Origin: Gemmatimonadaceae bacterium
Lineage (GTDB): Bacteria; Gemmatimonadota; Gemmatimonadetes; Gemmatimonadales; Gemmatimonadaceae
NCBI GenBank assembly: GCA_040902005.1
Contig: JBBDYA010000054.1
Span: 12,083 to 30,075, forward strand
Length of the DNA: 17,993 bases
Direction of reading: 5' to 3'
Shown: piece by piece, positions 1-7,928 of the stretch
Position numbering within the stretch: position 1 is the first letter of the stretch
How the letters are laid out: every line of letters begins with the position of its first letter
Notes under the pieces: model-generated
What the model was told of the DNA's origin: nothing
Seen by the model: only the letters and a program-made list of their open reading frames with translations
Database searches by the model: none
Program-made: the position numbers and the translations under genes

Positions 1-33
1 CGCCCCCCCCCCCCCCCCCCCCGGGCGCCTGAG

Positions 34-795
34 ATGCGCGGGACATTCGCGGTCGTGAGCCAGAAGGGTGGCGTCGGGAAGACGACGACCGCGATCAATC
101 TCGCCGCCGCCCTGGCGCGGCTCGGCGTTCGCACCCTGCTGGTGGACTCGGATCCCCAGGGGTCGGTTCGCTTCGGCCTCGGGCTTTCGTCCGGGGGCGG
201 GGGCGTCGCCGATTATCTCGAGGGAACGCGCCAACTACCCGAGCTGGTACGATCCACCGCCCTGCCCTTCCTGCGAGTGCTGCTGGCGGGCACGGTCGCG
301 GAGAGCGACGACCATGCCGCGTATCACCAGTTGGTGGCGACGTCGCCCCGGCTGCGCGAGCTGTTCACACTGGCGAAGGAACGCGGGTACGTCGTGGTGG
401 TGGACACGCCCGCCGGCCTCGGGGCGGTGGTGCAGGCGGTGCTCGCCGCGAGCGACCGGGTGATCGTGCCGCTGCAATGCGAGCCACTGGCACTGCAGAC
501 CACGTCGCAGATCATGAAGGGTATCCGGACCGCCACGGCGAGGGACGGAAACTTGCGGTTGGAGGGGATCGTGCTGACGATGTACGAGGAGCAGAGCCCG
601 ATCTCCCGCAGGATCGCGGAGCGCGTGCGTGGACAGCTGCCCGCGGACCTGGTCTTCGAGCTCCCCGTTCCGCGTACGGCAGCCACGGTCGAGGCGTTCG
701 CGGCGGGGCAGCCCGTGGTCCTGCGTTCGCCCGACGACCCCGCGAGCGCCGCGTACGTAGCGCTCGCGGAGGCGCTGGCCCGACGCAACCCCTGA
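34..795 (+). CDS. parA: ParA/Soj-family ATPase
   Basis: Deviant Walker A KGGVGKTT, LLVDSDPQG, Walker B VVVDTP and IVPLQCE motifs; 253 aa; stop overlaps the next start (TGATG). No parB in the window. Confidence 0.93.
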   Translation: MRGTFAVVSQKGGVGKTTTAINLAAALARLGVRTLLVDSDPQGSVRFGLGLSSGGGGVADYLEGTRQLPELVRSTALPFLRVLLAGTVAESDDHAAYHQLVATSPRLRELFTLAKERGYVVVVDTPAGLGAVVQAVLAASDRVIVPLQCEPLALQTTSQIMKGIRTATARDGNLRLEGIVLTMYEEQSPISRRIAERVRGQLPADLVFELPVPRTAATVEAFAAGQPVVLRSPDDPASAAYVALAEALARRNP

Positions 796-1562
796 TGCGA
801 TCGCGTGCATTCGCGGTCGTGTCGCTCGCGGTCGCCGCCGTGAGTGTCCTGGCCTGTCGCGACATTCCCGCCCCGGAGGGCGGGGTGCTGTCGGTGTCGC
901 GGGTGCTGCTGCCGTCACCAGGTCTCGTGGTGGGGGACACGATGCGAGACAGCACCGGCGCGGCGGCCCCGCTCGCGGTGATCGCCTACGGCATCAGCGG
1001 ACAGCCCCTCTCGCCGCAACCTGACGCGGCATTCCACATCCTGGGCGCGGGCGCGCACCTCGCGGGCGCGCTGCTCGTGGGTGACGAGGCAGGCACGCGC
1101 GTGGGCCTCGTCGCGAGCGTCGGCGCCCTCCAGACGCTGCCAGAGTCGGTCACGGTCACGTTGCGTCCGGATACGCTGATCGCCGCCGATTCCACGCGGC
1201 ACGTGCGCAGGTACGCACTCATCGGCGACACGGTCATCAACTCGGCCGAACTCTCCACGATCGTGCAGCACCGCGAAGGAGCGGACACCAGTGGGGTGGA
1301 CGCGGTGATCGTGCGGTACGAGATCGTGAGCGCGCCGACCGCCACTGGCAGCGGGCCGACGGTGCAACTCATGCGCGTGAACGCACCGTCCAGCCGTGAC
1401 ACCACGTCCGGCGGCGGCCGCGCGTCACGGAGCGCGCGCCTGCGCATCGCCGCATTCGCGGGGGCGCTGGACAGCGCGGTGGTGCTTGCGACGGCGTCGA
1501 ATCGCGGTGCCACCCTCGGGTCCGTCCGATTCACGATCGTCTTTCAACAGGAGCAGGAGTGA
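795..1562 (+). CDS. Putative lipoprotein, 255 aa, beta-rich, function unknown
   Basis: ATG at 795 is coupled to the parA stop. MRSRAFAVVSLAVAAVSVLA-C is a signal peptide with a lipobox. The 477 start in the ORF track lies inside parA. Confidence 0.8.
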   Translation: MRSRAFAVVSLAVAAVSVLACRDIPAPEGGVLSVSRVLLPSPGLVVGDTMRDSTGAAAPLAVIAYGISGQPLSPQPDAAFHILGAGAHLAGALLVGDEAGTRVGLVASVGALQTLPESVTVTLRPDTLIAADSTRHVRRYALIGDTVINSAELSTIVQHREGADTSGVDAVIVRYEIVSAPTATGSGPTVQLMRVNAPSSRDTTSGGGRASRSARLRIAAFAGALDSAVVLATASNRGATLGSVRFTIVFQQEQE

Positions 1563-3397
1563 GCGGAATGCGCGCGAGCGGCGGCCCGAGAAACTCCAGC
1601 CCCGGCACACTGAACCGGCTCTTCTTCGACGCGATCGAGCGGTTCGACAAGCCGGACGCGCTCCAGGCAAAACAGGGGGGAGCGTACCAGCCCATCTCCT
1701 CGCGCGACCTCGCCGACTCCGTCCGCCACCTGGCGCTCGGACTTCTCGACGCGGGCATCACGCCAGGAGATCGCATTGCGATCCTGTCCGAGAACCGGCC
1801 GGAGTGGGCCATCGCGGACTATGCCGCGCTCACCGCCGGGCTCACGGACGTGCCGATCTACCCCACCCTTCCGGCGGAACACCTTCCGTACATCCTGAAC
1901 GACTCTGCGTGCACGGCCATCTTCACGTCCACGGCCGAACAGTCGGCCAAGGTCGCAGCGATGCGCGCGCAGCTGACCAGCGTGCGCCACGTGATCGGTT
2001 TTGGCCGCGACCGGCGTGCCGGGGAAGACTACACGTTCGACGAGATACGGTTGCGGGGCAAGGCAGCCGACGGCGCGGCGGCAGCCGAGGCGTATCGAGC
2101 GCGCGCGCTCGCCGTGCGCCCCGATGATGTCGCCACGCTCATCTACACGTCGGGCACCACGGGCGAGCCCAAGGGCGTGATGCTCACGCACGACAACCTG
2201 TACTCGAACGTCATGGCGGCCGCGGCCGCCGTTCCGTTCGGCGGCGGCGATACCGCGCTGAGCTTCCTGCCGCTCTCACACAGCTTCGAGCGCATGGCCG
2301 GGCACTACCTGATGCTGCACACCGGTACGTCGATCGCGTACGCCGAGTCCATGGACACGGTTCCGGTCAACCTGCAGGAAGTGCGACCGACGCTCGTGTT
2401 GTCGGTGCCGCGGCTGTACGAGAAGATGTATGCCCGCGTCCTCGAGAACGCGCTCGCGGGCGGTGCGCTCAAGAAGCGGATCTTCTTCTGGGCACGTGGC
2501 GTGGCAGAGCAATGGGCCGACGAGCAGCTCTCGGGTCGCGAGCCGCGCGGGATGCTCGCGCGCAAGTACGCCATCGCGCAGACGCTGGTGTTCTCCAAGC
2601 TGCGGGCGCGCACCGGGGGACGCCTCCGGTACTTCGTCTCGGGCGGCGCTCCACTCGCCCCGGAGATCAACAAGTTCTTCTACGCCGCCGGGCTGGTCAT
2701 CCTCGAGGGCTACGGACTGACGGAAACGTCACCGGTGATTGCCGTGAACACGCCGGAGCATTTCCGCATCGGCACGGTCGGCAAGGCCGTGGCGGGCGTG
2801 GAGGTCGCGATCGCGGCGGATGGCGAGATTCTCACCCGCGGACCGCATGTGATGAAGGGGTACTACAACAGGCCCGACGCCACGACGGAGACCATCGACG
2901 CTGAGGGCTGGCTGCACACCGGCGACATCGGCGAGCTGAGCGACGGTTTCCTCCGGATCACGGATCGCAAGAAGGACATCATCGTGACGGCGGGGGGGAA
3001 GAAGATCGCGCCACAACCGATCGAGAACCGGGTCAAGACAAACAAGTACGTGAGTCAGGCCGTCATGATCGGCGACAAGCGGAAATTTCCGATCATCCTG
3101 GTCGTGCCCAACTGGGACAACCTCGAGCAGTGGGCTGGCGGACGGAAGATCAGGTGGACCGACCGCGCCGCACTGCTCGCGATGCCCGCGGTGCGGGACA
3201 TGATGGAGGGGGAAGTCCTCGGCGAGGTGAAGGAATTCGCACAGTACGAGCGACCGAAGAAGGTGGGGCTGCTCGAGCACGATTTCACGATCGAGCGCGG
3301 GGAGCTGACGCCAACCCTCAAGGTGAAGCGGCGGGTCGTGGACAAGGCGTACCAGCACACCATCGACGAGCTGTACCGCGAGCGCGCGTCAGCGTAG
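1559..3397 (+). CDS. fadD: Long-chain fatty acid--CoA ligase (AMP-dependent synthetase)
   Basis: AMP-binding motif LIYTSGTTGEPKGVMLTH, plus GYGLTE, GWLHTGDIG, ITDRKKD and ELTPTLKVKR; GTGA overlap with the upstream gene (alternative ATG at 1568). Confidence 0.95.
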   Translation: MSGMRASGGPRNSSPGTLNRLFFDAIERFDKPDALQAKQGGAYQPISSRDLADSVRHLALGLLDAGITPGDRIAILSENRPEWAIADYAALTAGLTDVPIYPTLPAEHLPYILNDSACTAIFTSTAEQSAKVAAMRAQLTSVRHVIGFGRDRRAGEDYTFDEIRLRGKAADGAAAAEAYRARALAVRPDDVATLIYTSGTTGEPKGVMLTHDNLYSNVMAAAAAVPFGGGDTALSFLPLSHSFERMAGHYLMLHTGTSIAYAESMDTVPVNLQEVRPTLVLSVPRLYEKMYARVLENALAGGALKKRIFFWARGVAEQWADEQLSGREPRGMLARKYAIAQTLVFSKLRARTGGRLRYFVSGGAPLAPEINKFFYAAGLVILEGYGLTETSPVIAVNTPEHFRIGTVGKAVAGVEVAIAADGEILTRGPHVMKGYYNRPDATTETIDAEGWLHTGDIGELSDGFLRITDRKKDIIVTAGGKKIAPQPIENRVKTNKYVSQAVMIGDKRKFPIILVVPNWDNLEQWAGGRKIRWTDRAALLAMPAVRDMMEGEVLGEVKEFAQYERPKKVGLLEHDFTIERGELTPTLKVKRRVVDKAYQHTIDELYRERASA

Positions 3398-3405
3398 CGC
3401 GTTCT

Positions 3406-4059
3406 CTACTGGTCATTCCCGGGGCTCGCTGGGCGGCTCCGTTTGATCGAAACGGGCCCGGAAACGGGTGGCGACGCTGCTGCCCGCTCGGCGACCCATT
3501 CCCGGTCGTCGCGAACCAGCTCGGTGGCGCCGTCGGGAACAGGCCAGCTCACGCTCCCCACAAGCCGTCCGCCAGGACGCACGCACTCCACGATCGCCCT
3601 GGCCAGGTCGGGCGCCATGCGCCCGTCGAGCGCCGCGGCGCGCGCGCGACCCCGCGCGATCGGCATGGCATTCCCGACCTGGAGCACGGCGGCGATGTCC
3701 AGCACTTCGGCACCGACGGGCGGGTTGACGAGCACCAGTGGCGTATCGGCCAGGCGCCGAAGCTGGTCAGCATGCGCGCCCCAGCGGCCGCAGAGCAGCG
3801 CGAAGCCGCGCTCGTCGGTCAGCTCGAGAAAGGCGGCTAGGCGCATCGCCGCCTCCGCGCTCGGTAGCTCGGGCGCCGCAGGCGCCGGGGTTCCGAACCG
3901 CGCCACGCCATTCGCGATGGGAAATTCCGCGCCGCACACCGGACAGCCGAGCGTGCCGTGCACGATGTGCCGTGTTTCCGTGTGCGACGCGGAGGCGACG
4001 AGTGGCGACTCCTCGTGATCGCGCGGGCAGCACAGCGACTCGATCAGCTCGACGAACAC
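3406..4059 (-). CDS. Trm112-like domain protein with a C-terminal degenerate methyltransferase-like region
   Basis: GTG at 4059, 2 nt after the SDR stop. N-terminus ELIESLCCPRDH...GTLGCPVCGAEFPIANGVARF fits the Trm112 pattern; VRPGGRLV resembles the class I MTase LkPGG motif. Confidence 0.7.
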   Translation of the reverse strand: MFVELIESLCCPRDHEESPLVASASHTETRHIVHGTLGCPVCGAEFPIANGVARFGTPAPAAPELPSAEAAMRLAAFLELTDERGFALLCGRWGAHADQLRRLADTPLVLVNPPVGAEVLDIAAVLQVGNAMPIARGRARAAALDGRMAPDLARAIVECVRPGGRLVGSVSWPVPDGATELVRDDREWVAERAAASPPVSGPVSIKRSRPASPGNDQ

Positions 4060-4061
4060 GG

Positions 4062-4796
4062 TCAGGCGCGCGACAGCCGGAGTTCGTCGATGTTGACGTC
4101 GTCCGGCCGGGTGACCACGAACCGGACCGCATCCGCCACGGCGGCCGCGCGCAGCATGTCCGCGCGCCTGGTGAAGCCCGGACGCGAATCCGGATCCACC
4201 TCGTCCCACAGCGTGGTGTTGGTGGGGCCAGGCGACACGAGCGTCGCGCGCACGCCGCTGCCGCGCAATTCCTCGCGCAGCACCTCGTGCAACCCGCGCG
4301 CGCCGAACTTGCTCGCGGCGTAGGCGGCGTTTTCCGGAAAGGCGTGCCGGTCGGCGACCGAGCCGATGGTCACTACATGACCGCGCTTGCGGCTCCGCAG
4401 ATCCGGAAGAAACTCCCGCACGAACGCGAAGGGAGCGGTCAGATTGACCAGCAGCGCGGCGTCAAACTCCTTCACGGTCGTGCGTTCCACCGGCGCCAGG
4501 AAGAACTGCCCCGCGTTGTTGACGAGAATGTCCGGCGCGCCACCGAGTGTACGCCGTACGTCCGCGAGCGCCGCCGCCACGGAATCGGGATCCGACATGT
4601 CGCAGACGATGCCGCTGGCGCGTTCGCCGATCTCCGCCGCCGCCGTCGCGATCGTATCCCGCCCCCGGGCCAGGAGCACCACGCGCGCGCCGGCGGCGTG
4701 CAGGGCGCGCGCGCACTCGAAGCCGATGCCGCGCGACGCCCCCGTGACGACCGCCGACCGTCCGGTGAGCGCGTCAGCGTCCGTCGTACTCGACAT
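4062..4796 (-). CDS. Short-chain dehydrogenase/reductase (candidate sepiapterin/pterin reductase by context)
   Basis: TGASRGIG cofactor motif, NNAG and catalytic YAASK; overlaps the 3' end of the PTPS gene by 23 nt. Confidence 0.92.
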   Translation of the reverse strand: MSSTTDADALTGRSAVVTGASRGIGFECARALHAAGARVVLLARGRDTIATAAAEIGERASGIVCDMSDPDSVAAALADVRRTLGGAPDILVNNAGQFFLAPVERTTVKEFDAALLVNLTAPFAFVREFLPDLRSRKRGHVVTIGSVADRHAFPENAAYAASKFGARGLHEVLREELRGSGVRATLVSPGPTNTTLWDEVDPDSRPGFTRRADMLRAAAVADAVRFVVTRPDDVNIDELRLSRA

Positions 4797-5193
4797 AGTT
4801 GTTGACGGTCTCCCAGAGGACGAGCCGCGTGAGCCGCGCGGGCAGCAGGGCGGGTTCCAGCACGCGCCAGAACGCGACGACCACGTTTTCCGTCGTCGGG
4901 ATCGTGTCGCGCAGAAAGTCCACCTCGAGGTTCAGGTTGCGATGATCCACTTTCTCGATCACGCGCTGCTGCACGATGTCCTTCACCAGCGACAGGTCCA
5001 TGACGTACCCGGTGCGCTCGTCCAGCGCGCCGCGCACGGACACATCCAGGATGTAGTTGTGCCCATGCCAGTTCGGGTTGTTGCACTTGCCGTAGAGCCG
5101 GCGGTTGTCCTCGTCCGGCAGCGCGGGATTGTGCACGCGATGCGCGGCGCTGAAGTGCAGGCGGCGGGTGACGATGACCTGTGGAGCAGCCAT
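4774..5193 (-). CDS. ptpS: 6-pyruvoyl-tetrahydropterin synthase / QueD family (COG0720), PTPS-II-type motif
   Basis: FSAAHR, GKCNNPNWHGHNY, TGYVMDL, DHRNLN, PTTEN and LWET motifs; 139 aa. Confidence 0.93.
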   Translation of the reverse strand: MAAPQVIVTRRLHFSAAHRVHNPALPDEDNRRLYGKCNNPNWHGHNYILDVSVRGALDERTGYVMDLSLVKDIVQQRVIEKVDHRNLNLEVDFLRDTIPTTENVVVAFWRVLEPALLPARLTRLVLWETVNNYVEYDGR

Positions 5194-5221
5194 GGCGCGT
5201 TCGTGGACCCCCCCTGGTGCG

Positions 5222-5258
5222 AAAGAAGAACGAGCCCCGCGCTTGCACGCGGGGCTCG
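5222..5258 (-). terminator. Rho-independent terminator
   Basis: Perfect 11-bp stem CGAGCCCCGCG / CGCGGGGCTCG (5231-5241, 5248-5258) with a 6-nt loop, followed on the minus strand by TTCTTCTTT. Confidence 0.8.
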
Positions 5259-5482
5259 CATAAAGAAGCGGAACGAAGAGGGTTTTATGAAGCCCAAGCG
5301 AAAGAATGAGGTCCTCACCATGCTTTCCGCCTTCCCCCGCACTGGGGGCATGACGTCATGCGCAGATTCTCGAACCCAACAATTGGACTTATCGGCTCAA
5401 AAACGTATCTCTCCGTCCGCCGCTGAACCGCTATCTTGATGAACCCAGTGTACTCCTCGTGAAAGTGGAGGTCAATAGAAGA

Positions 5483-5656
5483 ATGGACCTCGGAATCGTC
5501 CTCGCCATTGCCATGCTGGTCGTCTGGGCCGGAATCACGTTCATCGTCAACGACGCGCCCGGTATGACGCACTCGCTGCTCATCGCCGGCATCTCGCTGC
5601 TCATCTGGCGCATCGTGAAGCGTGACGCGCCCGGCCAGAACAACCCGCGACCGTAG
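5483..5656 (+). CDS. Small two-TM membrane protein (lmo0937/DUF5670-like), 57 aa
   Basis: GGAGG at 5467-5471 upstream of ATG 5483; two hydrophobic segments, the second being HSLLIAGISLLIWRIV. Confidence 0.7.
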   Translation: MDLGIVLAIAMLVVWAGITFIVNDAPGMTHSLLIAGISLLIWRIVKRDAPGQNNPRP

Positions 5657-5674
5657 GGCCCCCCCGCCCGCCCG

Positions 5675-6790
5675 TCAGGGCCTGACGGGAAGGCCGCCCA
5701 GCATCCGCAGTATCGCGCGCACGGCGTCCTCCACGGGAATGTCCGCGACGGCGCCGGTTCGACTCTCCACCACGCGTCCGTTCGTTTCGTACGGGCCCCA
5801 CGTGGTCGCGTTCCCCTGCGGGTGCAGGATGACGGCCGGCTTGTCGAGTGCGCTGCAGGCGTGGCCAATGCTCGTGTCCGGCGTGAACACCATATCCGCG
5901 CGCGCGACGATTGCCATCGCGTCGCGAATGCCGTTGTCGATGACCAGCCGGGCTCCGCCTTCCGCGGCGATGCGGGCGGCGCGCCCGCGGTCGCCCGGCG
6001 AACTGATGAGCACGATGTCGGTCCGTGGCGCCTGCTCCCGCAGCGCCCGGATCGCGCGGACGAACCGGTCGTCGGGCCAGGCATGGTGACCGCGCCCGGA
6101 AGAGACGTTGACCAGCAGCCGTTGCGTCGCAAGTGGCGCGTGGTCGGTCTCCCCCGCCCATGTGCGCTCACCCCGCTCGAGTTCCTCGGGGGTGAGGCGC
6201 ACCCGCGGCCGGAGATCGAGCGCGGCGGGCTGCAGGCCAAATGCCGTGACCAGCGCGCCAAGCTTGTCCACGAGGTGCTCGGCGCTTTCGCGCGCCGGCA
6301 CGGGCAGCGTGTACGCGAAGTCGTTGCCCACCTGCCGCACGCCGATGCGGTAGCGCGCGCCACTCGCGAGCATGAGCAGCAGGGTGGTGAGCGACGGTGC
6401 CGTCACCATGCAGTCGATCACCGCGTCGTAGCGGCGGCGCCGGAGCGCGGAGAATGTTCCGGGATAGCTCGCCAGCGCGCGCTTGTCGAACGTGATGACC
6501 TCGTTGACGTACCGTTCCTCGCGTAGCACGGGCGCGTTGCCACTGGACGCGAGCACGTCGAGCCGGACCGTGGGGTGTGCCTGCGCGATCGCGCGCAGGA
6601 TGCCGGTCGACAGGATCATGTCGCCAATCCGGTCGTGCCGGAGGAACAGCACGCGATACTCGCCGTCGCGCCAGTCGGGGCGTTCCCCGCGGGCGCTCTG
6701 TCCCATGAGGGCGGCGATCGTGGCGGTCGCGGCGCGCTTCACTCCGCGCTCGAGCGCTTTCAGCACGTCTGCCAGACGTGGATGTACCAC
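5675..6790 (-). CDS. Glycosyltransferase family 9 (ADP-heptose:LPS heptosyltransferase-like)
   Basis: VLFLRHDRIGDMIL, YDAVID, WPDDRF and TPDTSIGHACSALDKPAVIL are GT9 motifs; exact start uncertain. Confidence 0.92.
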   Translation of the reverse strand: MVHPRLADVLKALERGVKRAATATIAALMGQSARGERPDWRDGEYRVLFLRHDRIGDMILSTGILRAIAQAHPTVRLDVLASSGNAPVLREERYVNEVITFDKRALASYPGTFSALRRRRYDAVIDCMVTAPSLTTLLLMLASGARYRIGVRQVGNDFAYTLPVPARESAEHLVDKLGALVTAFGLQPAALDLRPRVRLTPEELERGERTWAGETDHAPLATQRLLVNVSSGRGHHAWPDDRFVRAIRALREQAPRTDIVLISSPGDRGRAARIAAEGGARLVIDNGIRDAMAIVARADMVFTPDTSIGHACSALDKPAVILHPQGNATTWGPYETNGRVVESRTGAVADIPVEDAVRAILRMLGGLPVRP

Positions 6791-7254
6791 AACCAGGTGG
6801 AGTTCACCCGATTTCGTGGAGGGTAAGCGACTTGGGATTCAAGCCGCGGGTTGGGTGGCACGTTCGTAGTTTTGTGCTCATGAATCTCCAGTTCAAAGAG
6901 GGTCGAAAACCGCGAGTCACCGGGCCGGATGCAATGGCATGCAGGCGATCCCATCGGAACGAAACTTACTAATGCCTGTCTGGCATGAGCATCGGCTGCC
7001 AAGCTGGCATTAGTCAATTTTGGGGTTTCGATCGTTATACAGATAGAAGGGTGTGTTTCGCTAGGTGGCTGGCCGGGGCCGAAAGCCCGAATCGAGGCGA
7101 GTACCTGACTGAATCAGCACTGCATGCGACGTGGCCACCGTGCCACCGCCCAGCGAAATCCCCTTCATGACATAGTCGACAGCCGGGCCTGCCCACCGCC
7201 CACCTCCCCCGTCGCACGCAGCATTCACCGGACGGGCAGGCCCGCAGCGACGAA

Positions 7255-7839
7255 CTGCATGGAAGGGCGGCAGTCGGAGCGCCGGAACCGTCAATCTGCT
7301 GCGAGCACGGTTATCACCTGGTGCGGCGCAGGTCCGAGCTGGTTCCACCGAAGCGCCGAGCCGGTGCGATCGAAGCGCTCTTGAGGCGCCGCTGACGCGC
7401 AACCCACTGTCGCGCGTGCGGCACGCCTCAGCGATGTAGGCGCCGCGGGAGTGCGAGGCGAGCGCTCAGGCGGTGTGAAGGAATAGCTCGCGCGGTGTGA
7501 ACGATGAGCGCACATGCTCCCCCGTGATCCCGCACCGGGAGCACGCGGTGCGCTCAGCACGACAGAGGGGCTCGCTCAGCAGGAGCGAGCGAATCGCTCG
7601 GCGACTGTGAGCTGAGCGCCAAGCGGCTGCGAGCGGCCCGCGACTGACAGCGCATTAGGCGCTCACCTACGGCGAACGATCGCTCCAGGCGGTGTGTGCG
7701 AACACTGCAACCACTGCGAGGGGCCCGTCCGGCACTGCGAGCGGTTCGCACCGGAAGACCGACGCGATCGCTCACGCGCTGCACGCGGCGCACTCACCGG
7801 GTGCGACGCAAGCGCTCAGGGTGTGCGACGCACCGACCG
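7255..7839. repeat. Degenerate tandem array, ~27 units of 21-22 bp, consensus SWGCGA-N5-KCGCTC-N5
   Basis: Left half-sites in register at 7255, 7277, 7299, 7321, 7342, 7364, 7386, 7407, 7429, 7451, 7473, 7495, 7517, 7539, 7561, 7583, 7605, 7627, 7648, 7670, 7692, 7714, 7735, 7757, 7779, 7801 and 7823. Examples: GTGCGA-tcgaa-GCGCTC (7364), GAGCGA-gcgaa-TCGCTC (7583), GTGCGA-cgcaa-GCGCTC (7801). Some units are poor matches and the edges are approximate. Confidence 0.85.
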
Positions 7840-7928
7840 CATTTGCCAAACGAATGGAACGCCGGCACGAACGGGTGCCCGGGCCGGCGGACACTCAAAA
7901 GGCACCCACAACTATATGGAGGCAGCAA

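Noticed and set aside
3..22. 20-nt poly-C tract just upstream of parA (possible phase-variation tract)
   Set aside because: It sits at the extreme window/contig end, where poly-G/C runs are common sequencing or assembly artefacts; it cannot be supported without reads.
5260..5345. preQ1-I or ZTP riboswitch assignment for the PTPS leader
   Set aside because: There is no A-rich 3' tail as preQ1-I requires; GGCGGAA and CGCTTGGGC resemble ZTP elements, but the P1/UGACU context is missing.
5287..5439. 50-aa plus-strand ORF (MKPKRKNEV...) with a purine-rich upstream sequence
   Set aside because: Atypical codon usage and no recognisable motif; the purine richness is explained as the complement of the C/U-rich minus-strand element.
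68..6526. Numerous long alternative-frame and antisense ORFs in the ORF track (e.g. 3738-4805, 4387-5439, 5431-6363)
   Set aside because: These are Arg/Pro/Ala-rich shadow ORFs expected in high-GC DNA, overlapping well-supported genes.
7255..7839. CRISPR or TIGR array interpretation of the periodic region
   Set aside because: The conserved parts are only 6 nt and degenerate, the spacers are 5 nt and the unit is ~22 nt; no cas or Nop-domain gene is nearby.
7255..7839. CRP/FNR box cluster or parS array for the ParA at 34-795
   Set aside because: The half-site spacing is 5 nt rather than the 6 nt of TGTGA-N6-TCACA, there is no match to the canonical parS palindrome, there is no parB, and parA is 6.5 kb away in a separate operon.
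7854..7880. Sigma-54 promoter (GGCACG...TGC) upstream of the helical-protein gene
   Set aside because: The spacing is GG-N11-GC rather than the strict GG-N10-GC.
7692..7928. N-terminal extension of the 330-aa ORF and other short ORFs over the array
   Set aside because: No RBS, non-host codon pattern, and overlap with a non-triplet repeat; the RBS-supported start is 7929.
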